Source: Eledone cirrhosa (taxonomy: Eukaryota). Taken from it: a DNA stretch of 64,000 nt. The translations under genes and the position numbers were made by a program. The stretch lies in contig OZ024741.1 in the NCBI GenBank assembly GCA_964016885.1, forward strand, positions 152,706,001-152,770,000. The letters are read 5' to 3'. The notes under the pieces were generated by a model. It had not been told where the DNA came from. It did not search any database and saw only the letters and a program-made list of their open reading frames with translations. Positions 1 to 13,055 of the stretch are shown one piece after another (within the stretch, counting starts at the first letter, position 1; each line of letters opens with the position of its first letter).

Positions 1-433
1 GCTAGACAGTTAGCCCGGCACTGTATATTCTGTGTCAGTCAACAACCCCTGTTAATAGAAACATATCCGAAAGACATGGCAGGAATTCTCTCCACTGCCT
101 TTCTATTATTTTATGGGGGGGGGGGGGTATATTTCTTGTAAAAAACTATATTTACTTAATTCTTCTATTTCATTGCATCGATACTTCTCTCTCTTTTTAA
201 CTTTCCCTCTCTCTCCACTCTCCCTCTCCCCCCTCTCTCTCTTCTCTATCTCTCCTCTCTTTCCTCTATCTCTCCCCTTACTCTATCTCCTCTATCTCTT
301 CCCCTCTTTCTCTCCCTCCTCTCTCACTCTCACATACTCACACACACAGAATCACACACGCACACTCTCCTCTTTTTCCTCTCTCTCTTCTCCATCTTTC
401 CTCTCTCACACAAACACACTCTCTCTATATATA

Positions 434-587
434 TCTATATATATAAAACTGATGTTTCCTCCCGAGCTGTTAGTTCACGCGGGATTCTCTGCTACACCTT
501 TTCGTAATAATACCGAACAACGTACTGCTGGTCATTCCTTCCTCCAAAAGCCGTACAAAGCCCCCCCCCCTCTCTCTCTCTCTCTCC

Positions 588-648
<61 letters not shown>

Positions 649-1275
649 CGGGATCTTCTGAAACTAAAAACAGTATTCTGTGAAGGCAGAAGTAAATATT
701 TCGAGAAACGTTGCAACCGAAGGAAAACAGGAAGACGATATTTTGGTTCTTGAAGACGTTCCCTGGCAATGAACGGAAAAAAAGCGAGGATAATATGTCG
801 TTATATGGACTGAGAAGAACAATTTCATGCAAAGACAAGACCAAGTTTATGGTATAAATGGAGTCGTTAGACTAATATTCTATTTAAAATAACCGAATGA
901 TTTCCAGCCCCGGAGTTTAAGAATAATGTAAATAAAATTGAAAACGAAAATGACAGAGGTTATTAAAATAGTAAAAGTAAATAGTGAAGATTTAGGCCAG
1001 TACATACGTATGCGCCGACGGACATACACATACATATACATACGCACACAGAAATACATACACACACACAAACACACCCACACACGCGCGCACGCACGCA
1101 AGTAAGCGTTATGCATTTCTACAGTATTTTCACCAAACTTAAGGCATAGGTTACTTATGTACTCCGGATGGTCATGGGCACTTTCATTTTTCCAGATATT
1201 AATGGTACACATAATACATAAATGGTATACATAACTGCTATTTAATACCCGAGCAATGCCGGGTACCTCTGGTAG
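434..1275 (+). mobile_element. Non-autonomous Helitron-like element (degenerate)
   Basis: Starts TC-tatatataaaactgatg, a head shared with 1286 and 1761. Ends with GC hairpin cccgagcaatgccggg followed by -gtag (CTAG variant). Confidence 0.45.
646..773 (+). repeat. Dispersed repeat family (ttaacgggatcttctgaaact...), partial copy
   Basis: The same sequence recurs inverted at ~1530-1760 and direct at ~22779-23150 and ~25611-25940. Confidence 0.7.
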
Positions 1276-1302
1276 TATATATATATCTATAAAAACTGAT
1301 GT

Positions 1303-1373
<71 letters not shown>

Positions 1374-1529
1374 TCATTTTTGCAAAGTCTATACAAATCC
1401 ACATTTCTACTCCGATTGACTTCAAACTTGCATTTATATATTCCTTGCGGTCTAAAGATATTAACTGCAGCTTTTATTTTTCAATTTTCTGTTGTTAAAG
1501 GGTGTTAGGCGCCGGTTATCCATCTCCGT

Positions 1530-1760
1530 CGCGCTCTTATAATATCTGTCTGTCTGCATTACGACATTCTGACGAACATTGATGACGTGTTATGTTCGCT
1601 ATTATCTGTTCATTGCCAGGGAATGTCTTCACGAACCAAAGTATCGTCTTCCTGTTTTCCTTCGGTTGCAACGTTTTTCGATTGATGTTTTTAGTTTCAG
1701 AAGATCCCGTTAAGAGTGAAAGCAACGATTTTTTGCTTAAACTTTAATCTGTTATTTTAA
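1530..1760 (-). repeat. Dispersed repeat family (ttaaaataacagattaaag...cagacagatattataag), inverted copy
   Basis: Reverse complement matches 22779-23150 and 25611-25940; contains a short (GTCT)n core. Confidence 0.7.
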
Positions 1761-2718
1761 TCTATATATGTATATATATATATAAAACTGAGGGAGGATG
1801 TATGTATGTATGTATGTATGTATGGGAGAGATGACCCCTTAGCCTTTGTCAAGGCAGAATTCTAGGAGAAGGAAAACTCTGATATAACACCTGCAACCCT
1901 GATGGTATCCAATGATGTTGACTTGTTCTTCTTTTTGGTAAATATCATCTTGGTTAAGAGAGTGGGACTGGCTTTGTGCAGTGCCTTTGCTCACTATAAA
2001 AGCTTCACGGCACAGGCATTGCTTTATATCTGGAGATCTCTCTGCACTTGCCGTCACATGGTACCATGGGCCCAGCACTATGTGTCAATAACTGTCACAA
2101 GTGTAGTGTTTGTACCAGAGTTTTCAAGTCGCTGGCTAGACTAAAAAGTCACACTCGTTCAGCGCATCGGTAGGGGTTCTCCTACATGGATATAAAGTAG
2201 TGGCCGTACTCGAACACGAGTTGGCAGCCACCATGTATGTATGTGTGTGTGTATGTGTGTATGTGTGTGTGTGTGTGTGTGTGTGCTTTTTAGGGGTTTT
2301 TTGAGGCGTTACATCAGACTGATTTCCTTGAAATTGTAACTATGTATTAGTCAGTCTTTTCTTCATACCGTGAGCAAAGAAAATCCAACTTTTTTATGGC
2401 CTAGGGCCCACATTAGGTGAATATTTTCATTTTTTTTCAGCTTTTTAGGGTGCTTTTGAGGCGTTACGTCTAGCGGATTTTCCCGAAATTTCAAGGCATA
2501 TTATGCACATAAAACAATTCATTTTCTTGATCCCCTGCCTCTTTCCTGCTTCATCGAGGAAAATCTTAGATTATCCAGCCATCAGAGTATTCGGTTTATT
2601 TTCTTTACATATTGTCCAGGCATGCAGTTTTTCCATGATTATGTCTCCATGATTAGGTCTCTTGGCGGTCCGCGTTCCAAAATACCTTATCCCGTGCAAC
2701 GCCGGGTACCACGGCTAG
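1761..2718 (+). mobile_element. Non-autonomous Helitron-like element with nested RTE-derived SINE
   Basis: 5' TC-tatata...aaaactg head followed by a microsatellite. 3' hairpin cccgtgcaacgccggg (2691-2706), then CTAG (2715-2718). Confidence 0.6.
1824..2234 (+). mobile_element. RTE-derived non-autonomous retroelement (SINE-like), 5'-truncated
   Basis: Near-identical copies at 44792-45123(-) and 55126-55730(-). RTE 5'UTR-like motif ctaggagaaggaaaactctga; C2H2 finger remnant CSVCTRVFKSLA-LKSHTRSAH; (ATGT)n tail. Confidence 0.75.
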
Positions 2719-2898
2719 TATATATATATATATATATATATATCGATCTTTCTACCTCATTCTGTTATTTCTCTCTGCTCCAACTATTACTTTCTCTTAT
2801 TCTTACTTTCTAATTCTACGTCTGTCTCTGTGTGCATGTGCGCGTGTGTGTATGTATGTATGTATGTATGTATGTATGTATGTATGTATGTATGTATG

Positions 2899-5800
2899 TT
2901 CTTCTGGCTTTATAATTTCACAAAGTTTTACCAATAGAGAGAGAGTCGGTTTCTAACATAGACACAAGACTCTCTCATTGGAATTTACACAACATCAACT
3001 AGGTAGATATGTATGCATGCATGTGTAGATATGGATGTTATTGTATGTGTGGATGTGTATGTTTTGAGTTGTATGCGTGCATGTGTATATGCTTTGTATC
3101 TGTACATGTGTATATGCAGTTATTAGATGCAAAATTTTTGGAATGTTTCACATATTTTTACTGTTCCATTAATGGATTGTACTTGTAGTTTCCTAACTAG
3201 TTGTGTTCTTTCTGTTCCTGTGAAGCCTAGCTTCTCAAGATTTGTATTGAGGCAGTTACTAACATATCCCAGTGCCCCAATAATCACAGGCATAAATCTG
3301 AAGGTGTAATCAGAGTGGAATATCTGCAGATTTCTCATCAGTTCTGCATAAATATTTTCCTTTTCACTAATCTTTGATATTATATTGGCATCTGCTGGGC
3401 AGCTAATTTCCACTACTGTGCATGCTTTCTTCTCCCTGTACCATATCATAATATCTGGTCTGTTATGCCTGTATTTTATTGAGGTTTTTACTCGAACATT
3501 CCACCAGTACTCTTTCATATTATTTACATGGATGTCTTCCACATTGTTGTAGCTTTTAATGTGTTTATTATCGGGGTTATCTTTTTTACGAACTGCATTG
3601 TACAGTGTGTTGGCCACTACATCATGCCTCATAGGTAGATAGTACCGCGATGACATCTTTTGACAGCTGCTGATGACATGGGTGATATCCTCGATGTTAG
3701 TTCTGCAGAGTCTGCACTTGTTATCACATCTAGGTGTTTTGCCTGCATCCCTATCTCTTTTGTGAATCAGGTATTTCGTGCTAATCTCCTGTTCTTGGAT
3801 TGCAAAAGCGTATCCTTCAAAGTGGGAGACAATATAGCGGTTGTTGGTCCAAGATAGACTACTTTCCTTATCTATATTACTCTCACTCTGGAGCTTCCTG
3901 GCAACATATCCATGCATGATTTTTTGCTGATAGGCATGCAGTTTTTCATCCATGGATTCACTGCGATACTGCTGAGCGACATCCCTGGGTGTGAGTTTTT
4001 TGGTTATCACACAGGGAATATCTCTCAAGGAGTTCCTTCCCATCTCTCATGATCTTATCTGTTTCATGCAGATAGACTTGCTAGAGAAGCGGGCTCCTAC
4101 GCTTCGAGGTTCGTAGATGTTGTCGGAGAGATATGATGCGACATTCAAATGTTGTCTGGACTGATGTTAGGCTTCTGCCTCCCTGCTTACGTTTCAAGTA
4201 AAGGCGGTCTATATCACTGTTGATGTGGAAGTTTCCGGTGTTGTTCAGTATTTTTCGAGTTCCAACATCAACTGTTCGGATTTCGTCTATCGTCCAATTG
4301 AGTATTCCAAACGTTGGTGTTAGGACAGGCGCAGCAAACACATTGTGAACCACTGTTTTGTTTTGCGCAGAGAGTTCCGATGACCAGATCTTTCTTAATC
4401 GGGTGTAGTATTCCCTGGTTACGCGTTCTTTATTACAGATACCATTATAGGATATGTTCTCGTCTATCCCCAGGTATCTGTAGCAGTCCTCATCAGATAT
4501 CGGTGAAACAGTTAGACCATTGATGACAATGTTGCTAGATTGGGTTGTTGTTTTTCCCCGCTTTACAGTCATGTATGAGCATTTATTTTGGCCAAACTCC
4601 ATTCCTATATCCTTTGAGAACGTTGTAACCAGGTCAAGATTTTTCTTCATCCCATCCATGTTCTTGGCATAGAGTTTCAGATCGTCCACAAAGAAGTTAT
4701 GGGTTAGGTTCGTAGTCCAGCCAGATTGTAGTCATATTCCTCCTAAGTTGTCGCACCTCCGACATCGCAGTTTTGTTGATTAGGAGTTGTTCAGCACATC
4801 CCCAAACCATTTTCTTTCCAGCTGCTTGTTCATCTGGGATGATGTTATTATTTTCACAGTGATCTTGGAGGAATAGGTTGAGGCAGGCTGTATACATCTT
4901 ATACATCAGATTCTGGCATGCAATGGGTCGGTAGTTTTTTGCCAAGTGGGTGTCTTTGTTCTTGGGGACCAGTAACGTTTGTGCTAATGTCAACCATTCT
5001 GGTATAAGTGTATCTCCCTTAAGAACTTGTTGGTAGAGGTCAGTAAGATACCTCCGATAGAATATTAGTTTTTTGTACCAGTAGCCGACAATCATGTCTC
5101 TTCCTGGTGTTTTCTTATCTTGGAGTTTTCCTATCACAGTCTCAAGGGTACCTTCACTTATTTCGTATGTTTTTGTTGTAGTGTAGGAGCAATAGTTCTT
5201 TCGGATTTCTCTTAGCCACACTGCATCTTGGTTGAAATTCTTCTTTTCACCCCATATTTTTCTCCAAAAGGAATCTATGTCTTTCTGGGATGGGGCCTCA
5301 GTGACACTTATTATTTTGCCCTTCATATCTCTATAGACTGATGTTTGGTTTCGTCTGAATCTTTTATTAAGCATTTTTCTCTCATCTGCCTTCTTCAGGT
5401 ATCGGCGTTTTTCGCTAACAGCTCTCAATTCTTGTTTGAGGGTGATCAGCTTATATTGGAGAGTTCTGGTTCTACTGTTACCAAACATCGTCTCTATTTT
5501 ATTTTTCACTCTTTGTTGGTGAGGAGTGAGGTTTTTTTGTGTTTGTTTGCATGTAAGGAGCATTGTCACATGTCCTATGTTTTTTCGTAGGTCAGTACTC
5601 TTTTTTTCTATTTTAGTTATATATGATGTTATTTTTGGTGGTGTTTTGTTCTTGTTAATATATCTGCTATCACCAAGATAATGCTTCACTGTCATTGCTA
5701 AGGCATATAAACAGGCGTTGATTTGCCAAAATGTTGGGGGTTTTATCCGTCGTAAATATTCATCTCCTATTTCGTCAATAACACGTAGCATTTCATTATT

Positions 5801-6708
5801 TGGTTTTTTATTCACCATTGTCATTCAGCCAGAGAGGTATTTATATATGAGTTAATTTCTCTCTGGAAGATTTCGTTGAGGGAAATTTTCAATTGTTTAT
5901 ACTTTTGATTATCATTATCGATAGTATTTTCCACAAAGTCGAGGTAGACTCGGATGGTATACGTGGTGTCACATTTCGATTATTATTATTTCTTCGATTA
6001 TTATTATTTACGATAGTGTTTTCCCCAGCATTCGAAGTAGACTTAGATGGTACAGGTGGTGTCAAGTTTCTTACAGGCATAGTTGTTTCAAGGCGCTGTT
6101 CGACCTGGCTGCTAGGAAGTCTAGTAGCATGGCGATCTGTAGCACGTGTTGTTGATTCCATGTTTGTTGTGGGGGACTTACAATTAATAACATTTATCTT
6201 ATTTTTACGTTCAACAAACGTCGCTTGTTGGCGTAATTGTTTCGCTGTGAAATAATTTAGTTCTGGGTGCATTTTGTCCCAGTGTAGCTTCATTCTATTC
6301 ATATAGCCAATGGAGGGATTGTTTTTTGCCATTTTATAACAATTAAATAAATCATCATTAAGTTCGCAACTCCAAGAGAAATGCGATTTATAATTTCGGT
6401 TTCTTCTGTAGCTACAACTGAATAAAGTTTGATTACCTTCTTTGTTATTTGTCTTCGATACTTCCTTAATTTTTTTGTTGATGTTGTGTTCAGCCATGCT
6501 GTTTGTAGCAAATCCTTGTAAAATGAATTATGTATTTAGTCGGATATCTCTACGAATTCGAATAAAAGCTGTCTTCAGAAGGGATAGTTAGAAGAATAAC
6601 CAGTTATTCAACCTGGCTGTAGTTGTGGCTGGCATTACTGTCGGAGATAGTATTCATCTTAAATTTAATAAATAGTCTCCCACGCCAAAATATGCGACTG
6701 ATCGCGTT
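2899..6708 (-). mobile_element. R4/Dong-like non-LTR retrotransposon (RT + restriction-like endonuclease), near full length, inactivated
   Basis: Four broken ORFs (5889-6497, 4697-5824, 4081-4689, 3123-4043). RT motifs KNYRPIAC, WLDY, FVDDLKLY, YRYLG. CCHC CRLCRTNIEDITHVISSC, RHD, and RPDI..VVEISCP (PD-D/ExK). Flanked on both sides by (TATG)n. Confidence 0.9.
3123..4043 (-). pseudogene. C-terminal zinc knuckle + RLE endonuclease part of R4-like ORF
   Basis: CRLC...HVISSC, MRHD, NRPDIMIW, VVEISCP, PVIIGALG motifs. Confidence 0.85.
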
Positions 6709-7520
6709 GTATGTATGTATGTGTGTGTGTATGTATGTATGTATGTATGTATGTATGTATGTATGTATGTATGTATGTATGTATGTATGTGTGTATGTAT
6801 GTATATATGAATGAATATATGTGTGTATGCATGTATATATGAATGTATGCATATACGTATGTATTTATGTATATATGCATATATGTATATGCACGGATGT
6901 ATATACGTATGTGCGTATATATGTGTGCATAAATATATATGTGTGTATGTACGTGTTTGTATTTATATATATGTAGCTGTCAAGAGACACAAGAATCTAA
7001 GGCACCAAATTCCCGCCTCACGAGTCAGTCTCTGGTTTAACTTCACGACTTGTATTGAGTACTTTTTCTCGTTCGTGCAGTGTAGCCGTACACATACACA
7101 CAAACACACATACATACATATACATACATACACACATACATACGCACACATACATACATTCTCATACACACATACATACTCATACACACACACACACATA
7201 CATACACACATACATACACATACACACACATAAATACATTCTCATACACACATACATACTCATACACACACATACACACATATATATATACACACATACA
7301 TACACATACGCACACACATATATTATCATACACACATACATACTCATACACAAACATACACACATATATATACACATACAAACACATACACACACACATA
7401 TATTCTCATACACACATACATACTCTTACACACACATACACACACATACATACACATACGCACACATACATACACACACATAAATACACATACATACAGA
7501 TACATGCACACACGCGCGCA
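6709..7520. repeat. Compound (TATG)n/(CATA)n/(CA)n low-complexity tract
   Basis: Directly visible. Confidence 0.9.
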
Positions 7521-7669
7521 CGCATGGGAGAATATTTCGGAACTGTACTTGTCTAGCAAGTGATATGATCCGAGAACAACATGTGTTGAAGCTGTAACAG
7601 CTAATTTGTGTGAGAGTCAATTTAGCTATTTTAAGAAGACAGATTTGTTGCGCTTCTACCACAGAGATA

Positions 7670-9171
7670 TGGGCACAATACTAGTGTAGTCTAACTGTGT
7701 CAATGAATATGTCACAGTTCTAAGACATGGTCATTGACAGAATACCACTATAGTGGAGCTGTGTCATTGCCGATATCACGGTTCTAAGATCTGGTCATTG
7801 ACATAATACCACTATAGTGAAACTGTGTCATTGCCGATATCACGGTTCTAAGATCTGGTCATTGACAGAATACCACTATAGTGAAACTGTGTCATTGACG
7901 ATATCACAGTTATAACACCTGGTCATTGACATAATACCACTATAGTGAAACTGTGTCATTGCCGATATCACGGTTCTAAGATCTGGTCATTGACATAATA
8001 CCACTATAGTGAAACTGTGTCAATGACGATATCACAGTTATAACACCTGGTCATTGACATAATACCACTATAGTGAAACTGTGTCATTGCCGATATCACA
8101 TTTCTAAGATCTGGTCATTGACAGAATACCACTATAGTGAAACTGTGTCAATGACGATATCACAGTTATAACACCTGGTCATTGACAGAATACCACTATA
8201 GTGAAACTGTGTCAATGACGATATCACAGTTATAACACCTGGTCATTGACAGAATACCACTATAGTGGAGCTGTGTCAATGACGATATCACAGTTATAAC
8301 ACCTGGTCATTGACAGAATACCACTATAGTAGAGCTGTGTCAATGACGATATCACAGTTATAACACCTGGTCATTGACAGAATACCACTATAGTGGAGCT
8401 GTGTCAATGACGATATCACAGTTATAACACCTGGTCATTGACAGAATACCACTATAGTGGAGCTGTGTCAATGACGATATCACAGTTATAACACCTGGTC
8501 ATTGACAGAATACCACTATAGTAGAGCTGTGTCATTGACGATATCACAGTTATAACACCTGGTCATTGACAGAATACCACTATAGTGGAGCTGTGTCAAT
8601 GAACAGGTCACAGTTTAAGACCTGGCCATTGTCAGAATACCACTATAGTGGAGCTGTGTCAATGACGATATCACAGTTAAAACACCTGGTCATTGACAGA
8701 ATACCACTATAGTGGAGCTGTGTCAATGAACAGGTCACAGTTTAAGACCTGGCCATTGTCAGAATACCAGTGTAGCGAAACTATGTTAATAACGATATCA
8801 CAGTTCTAAAACCTGGTCATTGACCAGTGTAGTTAAACTGTGTCAATGATGATATCATAGTTCTATTACCTGGTCATAGACACAATACCAGTGTAGTGAA
8901 ACTGTGTCAATGATGATATCATAGTTCTAAAACCTGGTCATAGACACAATACCAGTGTAGTGAAACTGTGTCAATGGTGATATCAGAGTTCTAAGACCTG
9001 GTCATAGACACAGTACCAGTGTAGTTAAACTGTGTCAATGATGATATCATAGTTCTATGACCTGGTCATAGACACCATACCAGTGTAGTGAAACTCTGTC
9101 TTTGACGGTATCACAGTTCTGCTATTTGACCCAATACTAGTGTAGTGTAACTGTGTCAATAAACATGTCAC
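7670..9171 (+). repeat. Minisatellite, 64-bp unit (~23 copies), internally palindromic
   Basis: Unit ggtcattgacagaataccactatagtggagctgtgtcaatgacgatatcacagttataacacct. Period measured 8241->8305 = 64. Confidence 0.95.
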
Positions 9172-11421
9172 AGTTCTAAGACCTGGCCATTGTCTGAATA
9201 CCAGTATAGTGTAACATGTCACAGTTCTAAGACCTAGTCATTGTCAGAATACCAGTATAGTGTAACATGTCACAGTTCTAAGACCTGGCCATTGTCTGAA
9301 TACCAGTATAGTGTAACATCTCACAGTTCTAAGACCTGGCCATTGTCAGAATACTAGTATAGTGTAACATGTCACAGTTCTAGGACCTGGCCATTGTCAG
9401 AATACCTGTATAGTGTAACATGTCACAGTTCTAAGACCTGGCCATTGTCAGAATACCAGTATAGTGTAACATGTCACAGTTATATGACCTGGTCATTGTC
9501 TGAATACCAGTATAGTGTAACATGTCACAGTTTTAAGACCTGGCCATTGTCAGAATACCAGTATAGTGTAACATGTCACAGTTCTAAGACCTGGCCATCG
9601 TCAGAATAGCAGTATAGTGTAACATGTCACAGTTTTAAGACCTGGCCATTGTCAGAATACCAGTATAGTGTAACATGTCACAGTTCTAAGACCTGGCCAT
9701 TGTCAGAATACCAGTATAGTGTAACATGTCACAGTTCTAAGACCGGGTCACTGTCTGATAGTGTAACATGTCACAGTTCTAAGACCTGGCCATCGTCTGA
9801 ATACCAGTATAGTGTAACATGTCACAGTTCTAAGACCTGGCCATTGTCTGAATACCGGTATAGTGTAACATGTCACAGTTCTAAGACCTAGTCATTGTCA
9901 GAATAGCAGTATAGTGTAACATGTCACAGTTCTAAGACCTGGCCATTGTCAGAATACCAGTATAGTGTAACATGTCACAGTTCTAAGACCTGGCCATTGT
10001 CTGAATACCAGTATAGTGTAACATGTCACAGTTCTAAAACCTGGCCATTGTTAGAATAGCAGTATAGTGTAACATGTCACAGTTCTAAGACCTAGTCATT
10101 GTCAGAATAGCAGTATAGTGTAACATGTCACAGTTCTAAGACCTAGTCATTGTCAGAATAGCAGTATAGTGTAACATGTCACAGTTCTAAGACCTAGACA
10201 TTGTCAGAATAGCAGTATAGTGTAATATGTCACAGTTCTAAGACCTAGTCATTGTCAGAATACCAGTATAGTGTAACATGTCACAGTTCTAAGACCTGGC
10301 CATTGTCAGAATACCAGTATAGTGTAACATGTCACAGTTCTAAGACCTGGTCATTGTCAGAATACCAGTATAGTGTAACATGTCACAGTTCTAAGACCTG
10401 GCCATTGTCAGAATACCAGTATAGTGTAACATGTCACAGTTCTAAGACCTGGCCATTGTCAGAATAGCAGTATAGTGTAACATGTCACAGTTCTAAGACC
10501 TGGCCATTGTCAGAATAGCAGTATAGTGTAACATGTCACAGTTCTAAGACCTGGCCATTGTCAGAATACCAGTATAGTGTAACATGTCACAGTTCTAAGA
10601 CCTGGTCATTGTCAGAATACCAGTATAGTGTAACATGTCACAGTTATATGACCTGGTCATTGTCAGAATACCAGTATAGTGTAACATGTCACAGTTATAA
10701 GACCTGGTCATTGTCAGAATACCAGTATAGTGTAACATGTCACAGTTCTAAGACCTGGTCATTGTCAGAATACCAGTATAGTGTAACATGTCACAGTTAT
10801 ATGACCTGGTCATTGTCAGAATACCAGTATAGTGTAACATGTCACAGTTCTAAGACCTGGTCATTGTCAGAATACCAGTATAGTGTAACATGTCACAGTT
10901 ATATGACCTGGTCATTGTCAGAATACCAGTATAGTGTAACATGTCACAGTTCTAAGACCTGGTCATTGTCAGAATACCAGTATAGTGTAACATGTCACAG
11001 TTCTAAGACCTGGCCATTGTCAGAATACCAGTATAGTGTAACATGTCACAGTTCTAAGACCTGGCCATTGTCAGAATAGCAGTATAGTGTAACATGTCAC
11101 AGTTCTAAGACCTGGCCATTGTCAGAATAGCAGTATAGTGTAACATGTCACAGTTCTAAGACCTGGCCATTGTCAGAATACCAGTATAGTGTAACATGTC
11201 ACAGTTCTAAGACCTGGTCATTGTCAGAATACCAGTATAGTGTAACATGTCACAGTTCTAAGACCTGGTCATTGTCAGAATACCAGTATAGTGTAACATG
11301 TCACAGTTATAAGACCTGGTCATTGTCAGAATACCAGTATAGTGTAACATGTCACAGTTATATGACCTGGTCATTGTCAGAATACCAGTATAGTGTAACA
11401 TGTCACAGTTCTAAGACCTGG
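9172..11421 (+). repeat. Minisatellite, 51-bp unit (~44 copies), derived from the 64-mer
   Basis: Unit ttgtcagaataccagtatagtgtaacatgtcacagttctaagacctggcca; translates as a 17-aa repeat. Degenerate 64-mer-like units resume at 11422-11575. Confidence 0.95.
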
Positions 11422-11709
11422 CAGTAGTGGAGCTGTGTCAATTACGCAGTTGCAAAGGTAACATCTGACACAATACAACACAAGTAGATCTCTGTAAAGA
11501 AAGATATAACAGTTACAAGAACTGGTCATTGACGCAATACTAATGTAGTGTGACTGTGTTAATAACCAAGTCGTAGTAGGTAGTCAAATATTTTTTATAC
11601 ATTCGTGGACTGATTGTTTATCACACACGCATCTCTCTTTCTCGCACAAACATATTTATACACATAAACACAAACAGACATATGGGAGCGTCGGAATAAT
11701 TTATATATT

Positions 11710-11826
<117 letters not shown>

Positions 11827-11896
11827 CGTTTCCTTTCGCTATATGTCTCTCCACCACTCCCCTACACACCTTTTGAACTCTGTTCCCACACACTTC

Positions 11897-11936
11897 TCAC
11901 CTGAAGAAGGGCTTATGCCCGAAACGTCGTCCCCCA
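11897..11936 (+). ncRNA. Minimal hammerhead ribozyme-like motif in a short PLE-type 3' fragment
   Basis: CTGAAGA-a-GGGC ttat GCCC-GAAAC-gtc-GTC; stem I is poor. Degenerate relative at 33711-33742. Confidence 0.55.
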
Positions 11937-12016
11937 CCTACCCCCACTCTCCTGAGCGTGAATTTAATAAACATTTATTGTACTGCCTCTCTGTTCTGTC
12001 CCTGTTCAATTTTTCA

Positions 12017-12021
<5 letters not shown>

Positions 12022-12075
<54 letters not shown>

Positions 12076-12236
12076 CCACACACACACACATATATATATA
12101 CACACACACTCATATATATATATACATATATATATATATGCATATATATGTATATATTTATATATATATATATATATATGCATATATATATATATATATA
12201 TGACATGTTACACTATATACATATATATATATATAC

Positions 12237-12318
<82 letters not shown>

Positions 12319-12388
12319 GCATATATATATATATATATATATGACATGTTACACTATATACATATATATATATATACATATATATATG

Positions 12389-12420
<32 letters not shown>

Positions 12421-12447
12421 CATATATATATACATATATATATATAC

Positions 12448-12546
<99 letters not shown>

Positions 12547-12575
12547 CACTCACACATATACACACACACACATAT
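12022..12575. repeat. (TA)n/(TACA) microsatellite tract
   Basis: Directly visible. Other long (TA)n tracts at 11713-11826, 22899-23045, 57819-57898 and 58345-60700. Confidence 0.95.
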
Positions 12576-12749
12576 AAGTATATTGTAGCTTTCAATTTCA
12601 ATGGCATTTTCTTTTCAATCTTATGTAATGCTAATTATAATACGTAGGACATTCTCCGTTTCTTTTTATATTCTAATTTATCTATCAAATGAATAAAAAT
12701 GCTAGGAGTGCTTCTAAGTGAGGGCAATAAGTAGTCACACACACAGACA

Positions 12750-12843
<94 letters not shown>

Positions 12844-12911
12844 AAAAATCTATATATATCATATATACATTTACATCTCCCTATAATATATATAAATGCA
12901 TATACATATAA

Positions 12912-12945
<34 letters not shown>

Positions 12946-12974
12946 GTTTATATATATATATATATATGTATGTG

Positions 12975-13047
<73 letters not shown>

Positions 13048-13055
<8 letters not shown>

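Noticed and set aside
9394-11427. ORFs with 17-aa repeat SEYQYSVTCHSSKTWPL
   Set aside because: A by-product of the 51-bp period. Starts are TTG, TAG stops recur in variant units, and no splice or promoter evidence is seen.
7670-11575. Palindromic regular repeats resembling a CRISPR array
   Set aside because: Units are contiguous with no unique spacers, there are no cas genes, and the context is eukaryotic. This is a minisatellite.
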